Origin: Candidatus Rokuibacteriota bacterium
GTDB taxonomy: Bacteria > Methylomirabilota > Methylomirabilia > Rokubacteriales > CSP1-6
Assembly (NCBI GenBank): GCA_016184305.1
Contig: JACPCX010000049.1
Coordinates: 1-17,606 of the forward strand
Direction of reading: 5' to 3'
Length of the DNA stretch: 17,606 bases
Shown: positions 8,090-17,606 of the stretch, in pieces
Position numbering within the stretch: position 1 is the first letter of the stretch
Layout of the letters: the number at the start of each line of letters is the position of its first letter
Program-made: the position numbers and the translations under genes
The notes under the pieces: generated by a model
Told to the model about the DNA's origin: nothing
The model's input: the letters and a program-made list of their open reading frames with translations, nothing else
The model's database searches: none

Positions 8090-8524
8090 CTACCTCCGGG
8101 TACGGATGGACCCCACGGACGAGGCATGGGCACACTCTCGCCCTTCGTGGTCGCGCAGCATCGCCTCGAGGAAGACGACCGACCGCCCCCGCTTGATGAC
8201 GGTGCCCTCGCCCAGCACGGGGCCCGCCGTCACAGGGGCGAGAAAGCTCACGGTGAGCGAGGAGGTGGACAGCATCTGGCCGGGCTCGAACAGGGTGTGG
8301 GCGGCCAGCGCCATGCACATGTCGACATACGCGCTGATGATGCCGCCCTGCACCCCGCCCCCAGGGGTCAGGAACTCGTCCTTGACGGCGAACTCGATGG
8401 AGACGCGACCTGCGTCCACGGCCAGCACCCGGGCGCCCAGGAGGCGGGCGATGGGCGGGGCGGGGCGGCCGTGGTGATCGGTGATGAGCGCGCGGAGCCG
8501 GGCGAGCGGCGCGCGCTCCCCCAT
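8090..8524 (-). CDS. PaaI-family (hotdog fold) thioesterase, 144 aa
   Basis: MGERAPL...FLTPGGGVQGGIISAYVD...[10 protein letters not shown]...[13 protein letters not shown]. The ATG at 8524 overlaps the degP stop (TGATG). Confidence 0.9.
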   Translation of the reverse strand: MGERAPLARLRALITDHHGRPAPPIARLLGARVLAVDAGRVSIEFAVKDEFLTPGGGVQGGIISAYVDMCMALAAHTLFEPGQMLSTSSLTVSFLAPVTAGPVLGEGTVIKRGRSVVFLEAMLRDHEGRECAHASSVGSIRTRR

Positions 8525-9992
8525 CAGCCCCGGGCCACGGTGAACGCCACGTAGAGCGCCTGGGACCCGCGCTGGAGCAAGAGCGTCACCCGGTCGCCTT
8601 CCTTGAGGTCCCGGGTGGCGCGCTCGAAGTCCTGCATGGACCGCACCCGCTGCCGGTTGACCTCGCGGATCACGTCGCCGCGCTGGAGCCCCGCCTCGGC
8701 CGCCGCGCCGTCCTCCTCCACCCGGACCACGACGACGCCCTCCGTGCCTCTCAGGTTGAGCTGGCGGGCGACTTCCGGGGTGATGGGCCGCAACTCCAGC
8801 CCCAGCATGTTCTTGCCGCGGTTGTTGGACTTGAGGGCGACGGTGTCGTCCGGCGTGTCGCCGATCTTGATCTCCATGGTCTTGTGCGTCTTGTCGCGCC
8901 ACACGGTTACCGGCACGCCCTTGCCCGGCGGGGTGAGCGCGACCACCTTCTGCAAATCCTGTGGGTTGTCCACCTTCTTGGTGTCGAAGTTGGTGATGAT
9001 GTCGCCCGCCGCGATCCCGGCCTTCTCGGCGGGGCTGTCCTGGACCACGTCGGAGATCAGCACCCCCTTGGCCTCGCGCAGGCCGAAGCTCTTCGCCAGC
9101 TCGGGCGTGAGCGGCTGGATGGACACGCCGAGCCAGCCCCGCGTCACCTTGCCCTTGGCCACCAGCTCCGTGTAGATGCGCCTGGCCATGTTCGCCGGAA
9201 TGGAGAAGCCGATGCCGACGTTGCCCCCGGAGCGGGAGAGGATGGCGCTGTTGATGCCCACCACCTCGCCGCTCATGTTCACGAGGGGCCCGCCGGAGTT
9301 TCCGGGGTTGATGGCGGCGTCGGTCTGGAGGAAGTCGTCGAAGGGGCCCCCGCCGAGGGACCGTCCCTTGGCGCTGATGATCCCCGCGGTCACCGTCTGT
9401 TGCAGCCCGAAGGGTGAGCCGATCGCGAGTACCCAGTCGCCGACCTTGATCTTGTCGGAGTCGCCGAGGCTCGCGGCAGCGTATGGGCCGCCGCCCTGGA
9501 GGCGCAGGACCGCGAGGTCCGTGCGCCGGTCCACGCCGATGAGCTTGGCCTTGTGTTTCTTGCCGTCGGCGGTGACGGCCTCGATGTCCGTCGCGCGCTC
9601 GACGACGTGGGCGTTCGTGAGCGCGATGCCCGACGGGTCGACGATGACGCCGGAGCCGAGACTCCGCTGCTGCTGCTCGCGCTCGGGGGCCTCGCCGAAG
9701 AAGCGGCGGAAGAACTCCTCGCCGAAGAACTCCTCGATGGGCGTCCGCCCCAGCGCGCCGCGCGTCACGGTGTTGATATTGATCACCGCGGGGGCCACCG
9801 TCTCGGCGACCTGGGCGAAGCTCCCGGACGGCACCGGCAGGGCGGCCGGGATCACGCGGGCCTGCATGCCCGCGGGCAGAATGCGGAACGGCTTCCCCAC
9901 GTCGGCCGTTTCGGTCCCCCACGTGACGGCGCCGGCCCCGAGCGCCGCGGCCACGAGGAGGAGGACAACCAAAGTGCGGCGCTTGATCGAGA

Positions 9993-9996
<4 letters not shown>
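8524..9996 (-). CDS. degP: Do/DegP/DegQ-family (HtrA) serine protease with two PDZ domains
   Basis: N-terminal hydrophobic segment, catalytic triad motifs TNAHVV, DLAVL and GNSGGPL, LQTDAAINPG, and two PDZ domains (RGWLGV..., GLQRGDVI). Confidence 0.95.
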
Positions 9997-11911
<1,915 letters not shown>

Positions 11912-11929
11912 TCCGTGCACCCGCACTTC

Positions 11930-11959
11930 ATGCTAGCGAACCCCCCCCAGCGCTGTCAA
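11930..11959 (-). promoter_or_regulatory. Putative sigma70 promoter TTGACA-N18-TAGCAT for the ftsH operon
   Basis: Consensus -35 at 11959-11954 and -10 at 11935-11930. The spacer contains a G8 run. Confidence 0.65.
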
Positions 11960-12143
11960 ACCCGTGCCAGTTCTGACGTTGCGGCGTCAGGCGCTATTCG
12001 CTGCTGCCGTCGCCGCCCGTCTTCGTGCTCTGCTCCTATAGACGCGTCCCGTGAGCCCAGGATTCGACAGCGGTGGCTGCGTGGGGAAGGCCGCTACGAG
12101 GCGTCCGGCCGGGGGCCGGCGGTGGGCGGGGTGAAGCGACGGG

Positions 12144-12839
12144 TCAGCAGGGACGTCCGCTCGGGGGCTGGTAGTCCGGGAGCTTGAAGGTGGTCATGAA
12201 GGAGTCCTCCCAGACCTCTAGCGGCAGACGCCCTACCTCTTGCTGGCCGTCAAAGAGCGTGAACTTGGCGCGCGCGGCCAGCTCCGGCGGGGTGAGCTTC
12301 CTGGCCAGGAAGTCCAGCAGGCTGGCGCGGTCCACGAAGAGGGCGAGCGTCTCGTTCACCGGCTGCACACCCGGCTTGCCGTTGGTGCCGGGCTTGGGCC
12401 AGGTCAGGATGACCCCGAAGCCCTCGAGGGTGGGCTCCGTCCGGAGGCCCGGCAGGGCCGCCAGCCGCCGCAGCATCTCGACCCCGTAGCGGGAGAACAT
12501 CGCCGACTGGCGGAGCTCCCGGCCGAGCGCGGCGAATTGTTTCTCTTCGTGCTGGTCGATCTCGAGCCACACCGACAGGTAGCGGTCATCCGCCGTGGCG
12601 AAGCGGGGCTTGTTGAAGCCCAGGCCGTGCTTCCGGATGTCCACCCACGGCACGCAGTGATAGATCTGCTCGGAGAACTGCCGGAGCTGGGCGTGATAGG
12701 CCGTGCCGAGGCTCCTGCCCTTCGGCGTCGAGTACTTCTCGAGCGACAGAACGGCGTCGTCGGGTGGGACCGCCGGGACCGGGAACGGCGATGCGCCGAG
12801 GAGCACCGCCGCGATCGCCACTGCCGTCCAGCGCGTCAT
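12144..12839 (-). CDS. Hypothetical exported protein, 231 aa
   Basis: ATG at 12839 followed by signal-peptide-like MTRWTAVAIAAVLLGASPFPVPA, with globular-protein composition. The upstream extension in the ORF track overlaps the next gene. Confidence 0.8.
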   Translation of the reverse strand: MTRWTAVAIAAVLLGASPFPVPAVPPDDAVLSLEKYSTPKGRSLGTAYHAQLRQFSEQIYHCVPWVDIRKHGLGFNKPRFATADDRYLSVWLEIDQHEEKQFAALGRELRQSAMFSRYGVEMLRRLAALPGLRTEPTLEGFGVILTWPKPGTNGKPGVQPVNETLALFVDRASLLDFLARKLTPPELAARAKFTLFDGQQEVGRLPLEVWEDSFMTTFKLPDYQPPSGRPC

Positions 12840-12840
12840 C

Positions 12841-12892
12841 CGGTTGGTTCTGGGTGTTGGTTCTGGGGGTTGGGTCTGGCGGTCAGTTCTGG
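12841..12892. repeat. Four imperfect 13 bp tandem repeats filling the intergenic space
   Basis: CGGTTGGTTCTGG, GTGTTGGTTCTGG, GGGTTGGGTCTGG, CGGTCAGTTCTGG. The last unit contains the lipoprotein stop codon. Confidence 0.85.
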
Positions 12893-13140
12893 AAGATCTG
12901 GTCGGGGCTGACGGTGATGGCCTTGCCCCACCAGGTCTCCGCGCGCGCGGTATCGATGTCCGAGCGGGCGACGCGCGGCGCCTGGCCCTCCCGGTTGCGC
13001 CACGAGAAACCAATGTGCTTGTCCGAGGCGAAGTGGGTGGTGTGGGCCTTCCACTCGGCCCACTCCTCGGATGTGGCGCAGCCCCCAGCCATCAGCAGGA
13101 CGACCAGAGCGAGGGTGGCTCTCCCGAAGCGTGCGCGCAT
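12883..13140 (-). CDS. Small putative lipoprotein, 85 aa
   Basis: AGGAGG 7 nt before the ATG at 13140. MRARFGRATLALVVLLMAGG-C gives a basic n-region, an h-region and a lipobox-like Cys. Confidence 0.8.
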   Translation of the reverse strand: MRARFGRATLALVVLLMAGGCATSEEWAEWKAHTTHFASDKHIGFSWRNREGQAPRVARSDIDTARAETWWGKAITVSPDQIFQN

Positions 13141-13186
13141 GTTCATGCCTCCTGTGTGGTGAGCGTGCGGTGTCAGGTCCATCGCC

Positions 13187-13216
13187 ATCATACAGAGGGC
13201 GGGCTCGTGCCGTCAA
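13187..13216 (-). promoter_or_regulatory. Putative sigma70 promoter TTGACG-N18-TATGAT
   Basis: -35 at 13216-13211 and -10 at 13192-13187, upstream of the lipoprotein RBS. Confidence 0.6.
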
Positions 13217-13372
13217 CCGGCAACGATGGCCGCCTGCGCGCGCCTCGGCTGCTTTTGCGCTTGCGGGGTCACAGCGGCTGGGGCATCCTCGATGCAGGAG
13301 GACCGCCGATGCCTGCCGCCTCGCCCCGAACCTCACTCCTGGTGGACACCGAGAAACTTTAGGGGGGGGACC

Positions 13373-14275
13373 GTGAGCGACCCGCTGACCATCCTGGAGG
13401 AGCCCGAGGGTCTGCGCCGGCCGATCCTCATCATGGCGTTCGCCGGCTGGAACGATGCGGCCGAGTCGGCGACCGGTGCCGCGCGCTACCTGGGCCAGAT
13501 CTGGCCGGCCCGTTCCTTCGCGAGCATCGATCCCGAGGAGTTCTACCACTTCGGGCTCTCCCGCCCCTACGTCCGCTTCAAGACCGGCTCGCGCAGCGAG
13601 CGCGAAATCGTCTGGCCCTCGACGGAGTTCTCGCTCTCCCAGCCGGAGGCCCTCGACCGGGACCTGATCGTCGGCGTCGCCGTCGAGCCCCACCTCAAGT
13701 GGCGCACCTACTGCGGCGCTGTCCTGGACCTGGCCCAGCGCGCCCGGGCCTCCCTCGTCCTCACGCTGGGAGCGCTCCTGGCCGAGGTGCCCCATACGCG
13801 CCCCGTCAAGCTCGTGGGCGGGGCGCACGATCCGGAGCTGTCGGCCCGGCTCGGGATCCGTCCAACCCGGTACGAGGGGCCAACGGGCATCGTGGGGGTG
13901 CTCAACACCCTCTGCCGCGAGCGGGGCGTGCCGACGGCGAGCCTCTGGGCCAACGTGCCCCACTACATCTCCGGGATCGAGAACCCGAAGGCCTCCATGG
14001 CGCTGGTCCGCCGCGTCCTGTCGCTTCTGAACGCCGAGGCCGATCTCTCGGACCTCGAGGAGGCGGCGCGCCAGTTCGACCAGAACCTCGAGGAGATCGT
14101 CTCGCAGAACGGGAAGATCGCGGAGTACGTCACGAGGCTCGAGCGGAAGAGCCTCGACGAGGACGAGCCGGAGCCTGCCCGGCCCGGCGAGTTCCGCGAC
14201 GAGCTTCCGTCCTCGGGGGATCTCGCGGCCGAGATCGAGCAGTTCTTCCGCCAGCAGCGCCCCGAGACCTCGTAG
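13373..14275 (+). CDS. PAC2-family (proteasome assembly chaperone-like) protein, 300 aa
   Basis: GTG at 13373 after a purine run. AFAGWNDAAESAT, IDPEEFY, EPHLKWRTY, LGALLAEVPHTRP, YEGPTGIVGVL, WANVPHY, LAAEIEQFFR. Confidence 0.88.
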   Translation: MSDPLTILEEPEGLRRPILIMAFAGWNDAAESATGAARYLGQIWPARSFASIDPEEFYHFGLSRPYVRFKTGSRSEREIVWPSTEFSLSQPEALDRDLIVGVAVEPHLKWRTYCGAVLDLAQRARASLVLTLGALLAEVPHTRPVKLVGGAHDPELSARLGIRPTRYEGPTGIVGVLNTLCRERGVPTASLWANVPHYISGIENPKASMALVRRVLSLLNAEADLSDLEEAARQFDQNLEEIVSQNGKIAEYVTRLERKSLDEDEPEPARPGEFRDELPSSGDLAAEIEQFFRQQRPETS

Positions 14276-14312
14276 CGCGGATTGCGCAACCCGGGACACG
14301 CGCGCTGCGCAG

Positions 14313-14393
14313 CCGCACCTGCACTTCGCCGCGCAGGTGCGGCAGGCCCGCGTGGACCCCGCCGCCCTCTTCGGTGTGCCCCTCCGCGACTGA
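14313..14393 (+). pseudogene. C-terminal relic of an M23-family metallopeptidase
   Basis: Manual translation PHLHFAAQVRQARVDPAALFGVPLRD* matches the M23 PHLHF...VDP signature. Only about 37 bp separate it from the PAC2 stop. Confidence 0.65.
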
Positions 14394-14396
14394 GCG

Positions 14397-15293
14397 TCAG
14401 GGGAGCCGCAGGCTCCCGCTGAGGACCGTCACGGCGTGGCCGCCCACCCGCACGCGGGCGGGCTTCCGGCTCGCCACCAGCACGTCGACGAAGAGCCGCC
14501 CCGGCCGTCCGAGCATGTCTCCCTGCTCCGCGATGAACTCCGCGTGGTCTCGGATCACTGGAACCTGGCGGGCCTCGAGCAGCCAGACGCCCATGGCGGC
14601 GTGGACGGAGCCCGTGACGAAGTCCTCCGGAATGCCGTAGTGGGGCGCGAAGAAGCGGCAATGCGTCGTGGAGTCCGGGTCCAGCGTCTGCTTCGACACC
14701 ACGCAGATGCCACGGAGCTTGTTCCGCTGGCCGAACGTGGCGACGCGCTCCATGTCGGGCTGGAGCCGGCGGAGCGCCTCGAGCCCCCGGACGGGCACGA
14801 GGAGATCGGCGTCGGGAGTGACCGCCGGCGGGGCCCACCGGCTCAGCTCCAGCTCGGTCAGGCCGAGCGTCTCGAGGAGCGCGGGCATCTGTCCCTCGAA
14901 GGGCACGCAACTCGGCAGCGGCGGGATGACCCAGATGATCGTTCCGCCGACCTTGCGCTCCACCTGGGCCTCGAGGAGGCCCCCCAGGGTGTCGAAGACG
15001 ACGCGGTCGCCAGGGAGCCGGCCGGCCTCGATCATCGCGTGGACGGCGGCGAGCGTCGTGTGGCCCGAGTAGCCCACCTCGCGCGTGGGTGTGAACCACC
15101 GGAGGCGCAGGTCCGCGCCCTCGAGGGTGGTACGCGAGACGAAGGCGGTGCCCGACAGCTTCATCTCGTCGGCGACCCGCTGCATCTGTGCCTCGGAGAG
15201 CGCGTCGGCGTCGAGCACGACGGCGGCCGGGTTCCCGGCGAAGGGAAGGCTGGTGAACGCGTTGATCTGGACGATCGGGATCCAGATGCTCAT
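14397..15293 (-). CDS. PhzF-family isomerase/epimerase-like protein
   Basis: NAFTSLPFAGNPAAVV, LRWFTPTREV, SGHTT, CRFFAPHYGIPEDFVTGS, AEQGDMLGRPG, VRVGGHAV. Confidence 0.9.
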   Translation of the reverse strand: MSIWIPIVQINAFTSLPFAGNPAAVVLDADALSEAQMQRVADEMKLSGTAFVSRTTLEGADLRLRWFTPTREVGYSGHTTLAAVHAMIEAGRLPGDRVVFDTLGGLLEAQVERKVGGTIIWVIPPLPSCVPFEGQMPALLETLGLTELELSRWAPPAVTPDADLLVPVRGLEALRRLQPDMERVATFGQRNKLRGICVVSKQTLDPDSTTHCRFFAPHYGIPEDFVTGSVHAAMGVWLLEARQVPVIRDHAEFIAEQGDMLGRPGRLFVDVLVASRKPARVRVGGHAVTVLSGSLRLP

Positions 15294-16339
15294 GGGCGGT
15301 GGCTCACGGGCCTCTCGATCCTGATCCGCTCGCGGAGCCGCCGCGCCTGGCGGCCCAGCGCGCGAGTGGACCAGACGGTGGTGAGCGACTGCGCCATCAT
15401 GCCGTAGACGCTGACGCGCGGCACCTTGAGGATGAGCGCCGGATCGAGCCAGTTCGGCTCCCGCGCGAGGAGGTCGAGCGTGCGCAGCCCGATGAGGAGC
15501 GGCCAGGCGCAGGCCAGCCGCATCCGCGCCTCGGCCCCGGGGATGGCGAACGTGTACTGCCAGCCAGCCTCGTAGTGATCCAGCGCGACATTGAGCAGTT
15601 CCACCAGCAGAGGCCGGAGCGCGCGCCCGGAGGCCGGGTCCAGGAGATCGCGCGGCTCGATGCCGAGGAGGGCCAGGTCATGGCTCGGCAGGTAGCAGCG
15701 ACCCTGGCGCAGGTCGCGGGGCAGATCGCGGAGGACGTTGGTGAGCTGGAGGCCCTTGCCGAAGCGGACGCCCAGCGCCTTCATCTTCGCGAGGTCCCAG
15801 CCCTTGAGGCGCGGGCGGTGAGCCACATGCACCTCGGTCCAGAACTCCCCGACGCAGCCGGCCACGAGGTAGGTGTATCGGTCGAGATCCTGGCGCGTCG
15901 CGAGCGCCGCGAGCCCCCCCTCGTCCTCGCCGGGGAAGATCTCGAGGTCCTGCGTCATCCCCTCGATGATGGTGGCGAGCACCGCGCGCACGCGCTCGCG
16001 GTCCGCCAGCGGCAGCGCGCGGTGGGCAGCCAGGCAGTCGGGGAGGCGCTCGAGCAGCGTCCACTCGGCCCCGAGGGCCTGGGCCTCCCGCGTGGCGGCC
16101 ACGATCTCCTCGAGGCGGCCCGGCACGTGGGCCTCCAGCTCGGCCCGCAGCGCGAGCAGGTGGGCGATCCGGGCGCGACGGGCGATGAGGCGCGAGTCGG
16201 CGATGGTGTCGGCGGCGCGGGCCAGGAGATAGGCGAGCCCGATGGTGGGGCGCACGGCCGCCGGCAGCACCGCCAGCGACAGGGAGAAGGAGCGGCTGAC
16301 GCGCTTGAGCAGCGCGGAGGTGAGGTTCCCTCCGCCCAC
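15290..16339 (-). CDS. Squalene/phytoene synthase family protein (single-enzyme squalene synthase-like)
   Basis: LKRVSRSF, YLLARAADTIAD, YTYLVAGCVGEFW, LQLTNVLRDLPRDLRQGRCYLP. Probable GTG start at 16339, just after the upstream stop. Confidence 0.9.
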   Translation of the reverse strand: MGGGNLTSALLKRVSRSFSLSLAVLPAAVRPTIGLAYLLARAADTIADSRLIARRARIAHLLALRAELEAHVPGRLEEIVAATREAQALGAEWTLLERLPDCLAAHRALPLADRERVRAVLATIIEGMTQDLEIFPGEDEGGLAALATRQDLDRYTYLVAGCVGEFWTEVHVAHRPRLKGWDLAKMKALGVRFGKGLQLTNVLRDLPRDLRQGRCYLPSHDLALLGIEPRDLLDPASGRALRPLLVELLNVALDHYEAGWQYTFAIPGAEARMRLACAWPLLIGLRTLDLLAREPNWLDPALILKVPRVSVYGMMAQSLTTVWSTRALGRQARRLRERIRIERPVSHRP

Positions 16340-16344
16340 GGGCG

Positions 16345-16638
16345 CTAGTCCAGCTCCATGGGATTGATCGGCCGCTCGTCCGGAGAGTCCTTGGCTTTCT
16401 TGAGCCCCTCCTGGAATTTCCGATCCAGCACCTTGCCCTTGCTCTGCTCGGCCTTCATCTGCTCCTTGAAGCGCTCCTCCCGGCGGGAGGCCTCGCCCTT
16501 GAGCGCGGAGAGGGCCCCGCCCAGGTCGAGCCCCGACCGCGGGCGCGGGGGCGCCTCGTGGGCGATGACGGCCTCGAGCGCCGGGTCGATCGTGAGCCGG
16601 CCGTTGCAGCACGGACAGGTCACCGTGAAGGTCGCCAT
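16345..16638 (-). CDS. Hypothetical protein, 97 aa (N-terminal CPCC, charged helical C-terminus)
   Basis: Protein-like composition, GC3-rich codons and tight spacing to the synthase. A TGgTAGGGT -10-like motif ends 6 nt before the ATG. Confidence 0.8.
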   Translation of the reverse strand: MATFTVTCPCCNGRLTIDPALEAVIAHEAPPRPRSGLDLGGALSALKGEASRREERFKEQMKAEQSKGKVLDRKFQEGLKKAKDSPDERPINPMELD

Positions 16639-16737
16639 GGCAAGACCCTACCAGACGAAGGCTCCCCCCGCCAGAGCGCCGGCCGGCGCTTTGTCCTCGG
16701 ACCGAAACCAGCCGGATGCGGAACAACCCGGCGGGCC

Positions 16738-16844
16738 GAGCCCTCGTAGCGGATGAGCCCCTTCTCGAGCACGTAGACCCGGTCCGCCAGGTCCAGCGAG
16801 AACTCCACGTTCTGCTCGGCCAGCAGGATGGTGAGCCCCTCCCG
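16738..16844 (-). pseudogene. C-terminal-region fragment of a LivF-like ABC ATPase
   Basis: REGLTILLAEQNVEFSLDLADRVYVLEKGLIRYEG is paralogous to, but clearly diverged from, the corresponding part of 17072-17606. Confidence 0.85.
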
Positions 16845-17003
16845 CCACCACCTGGCCGTACAGGAGACCACGGGTTGCCTGGTGGTCCTTCTCACGGATT
16901 GTCATCTTGCCCTGCGGCGTGTCCACCGTGAGGCCGAGCAGCGCCTTGGACACCTGGTCCGAATCTGTGCTCCGGGCCTTCTTGATGGCCTCGGTCACTG
17001 ACA
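16845..17003 (-). pseudogene. Fragment of a LivJ/LivK-type substrate-binding protein
   Basis: EAIKKARSTDSDQVSKALLGLTVDTPQGKMTIREKDHQATRGLLYGQV is typical of the C-terminal part of this family. Confidence 0.75.
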
Positions 17004-17071
17004 CAGCCTCACGATGCCCCCGTTGCCGCCGCGGGGTCAACCATCGCCCGCCCGGCACCAGACGGCCGGCA

Positions 17072-17606
17072 TCAGACCGCGAGATACTGCTTCACGATGT
17101 CCTGGTTGGCGCGCAGCTCGGATGGCGTGCCGGTATACCGCACCTCGCCCTTCTCCAGGATATAGAGCCGATCTGCGAGCGACAGCACGAACTCCAGGTT
17201 CTGTTCGGCCAGCACGATCGACAACCCGGTCGCCTTGAGTTGCGCAACCGTGTCCCGCAGGTGGTCGACAATCAGCGGCGCCAGCCCCTCCGCCGGTTCA
17301 TCCAGCAGCAGCAGCTCCGGATTTCCCATCAGCGTGCGGGCGATGGTCAGCATCTGTTGCTGGCCGCCGGACAGGACCCCGCCGCGCCGGGCGCGGATTT
17401 CCCCAAGGTCGGGGAACAACGCGAACACTTCCGGTTCCCTCCATACCGCCTTCCCGCCGGTGCCGGGACGGCGAGCGATATCCAGGTTCTCCCAGACTGA
17501 GAGTTCCGGGAAGATGCGGCGGTCTTCCGGCACGAAGCCGATGCCCATCTGGCAGATCTTGTACGACGGCAGGTGCGCGATGTCGCGACCCTTCCACATC
17601 ACCCGC
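17072..17606 (-). CDS. livF: Branched-chain amino acid ABC transporter ATP-binding protein (5' end outside the window)
   Basis: GIGFVPEDRRIFPELSVWENL, LSGGQQQMLTIARTLMGNPELLLLDEPAEGLAP, AEQN. Confidence 0.88.
   Translation of the reverse strand, partial: RVMWKGRDIAHLPSYKICQMGIGFVPEDRRIFPELSVWENLDIARRPGTGGKAVWREPEVFALFPDLGEIRARRGGVLSGGQQQMLTIARTLMGNPELLLLDEPAEGLAPLIVDHLRDTVAQLKATGLSIVLAEQNLEFVLSLADRLYILEKGEVRYTGTPSELRANQDIVKQYLAV

Noticed and set aside
11912..11926. GTG at 11926 as the ftsH start, and likewise the track starts at 13191, 13226, 13013 and 16726
   Set aside because: They overlap predicted promoters or neighbouring genes, or lack an RBS. Downstream starts fit the RBS, signal peptide or homology better.
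11912..12143. CIRCE or HAIR heat-shock operator, and the hairpin CTGACGT/GCGTCAG at 11973-11990 as a terminator
   Set aside because: Neither operator consensus is present. The hairpin is short and has no U-tract.
12841..12892. Possible CRISPR array
   Set aside because: The units are 13 bp and contiguous, with no spacers and no cas genes.

Overview
Very GC-rich bacterial DNA. The 'MDRRTF...AAEAQ' ABC substrate-binding-protein family present suggests a Rokubacteria/Methylomirabilota-like host (inference only). The backbone is a minus-strand protein-quality-control operon, ftsH-degP-paaI-dnaJ-clpB. To its right lie a secreted protein, a small lipoprotein, a PAC2-family gene, a PhzF-like gene, a squalene/phytoene synthase, a small CPCC protein and a partial livF. 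The operon is split between paaI and dnaJ (about 3500-8050) by a 4.5 kb patchwork. The patchwork holds diverged pieces of the operon's own genes (three of degP, one of paaI, one of dnaJ) and 80-400 bp scraps of unrelated genes (two ABC SBPs, an IS1-family-like transposase, a DPPY DNA methyltransferase, small hypotheticals). It also holds one intact class III CoA-transferase and two copies of an unexplained ~178 bp segment with self-complementary ends. ftsH is frameshifted by an exact 17 bp tandem duplication, and both dnaJ copies have lost the start of the J-domain. More gene relics (M23 peptidase tail, collapsed liv operon) lie outside the patchwork. I saw no rRNA, tRNA, CRISPR array or intact mobile-element enzyme. 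All family calls rest on motif recognition by eye, not database searches.
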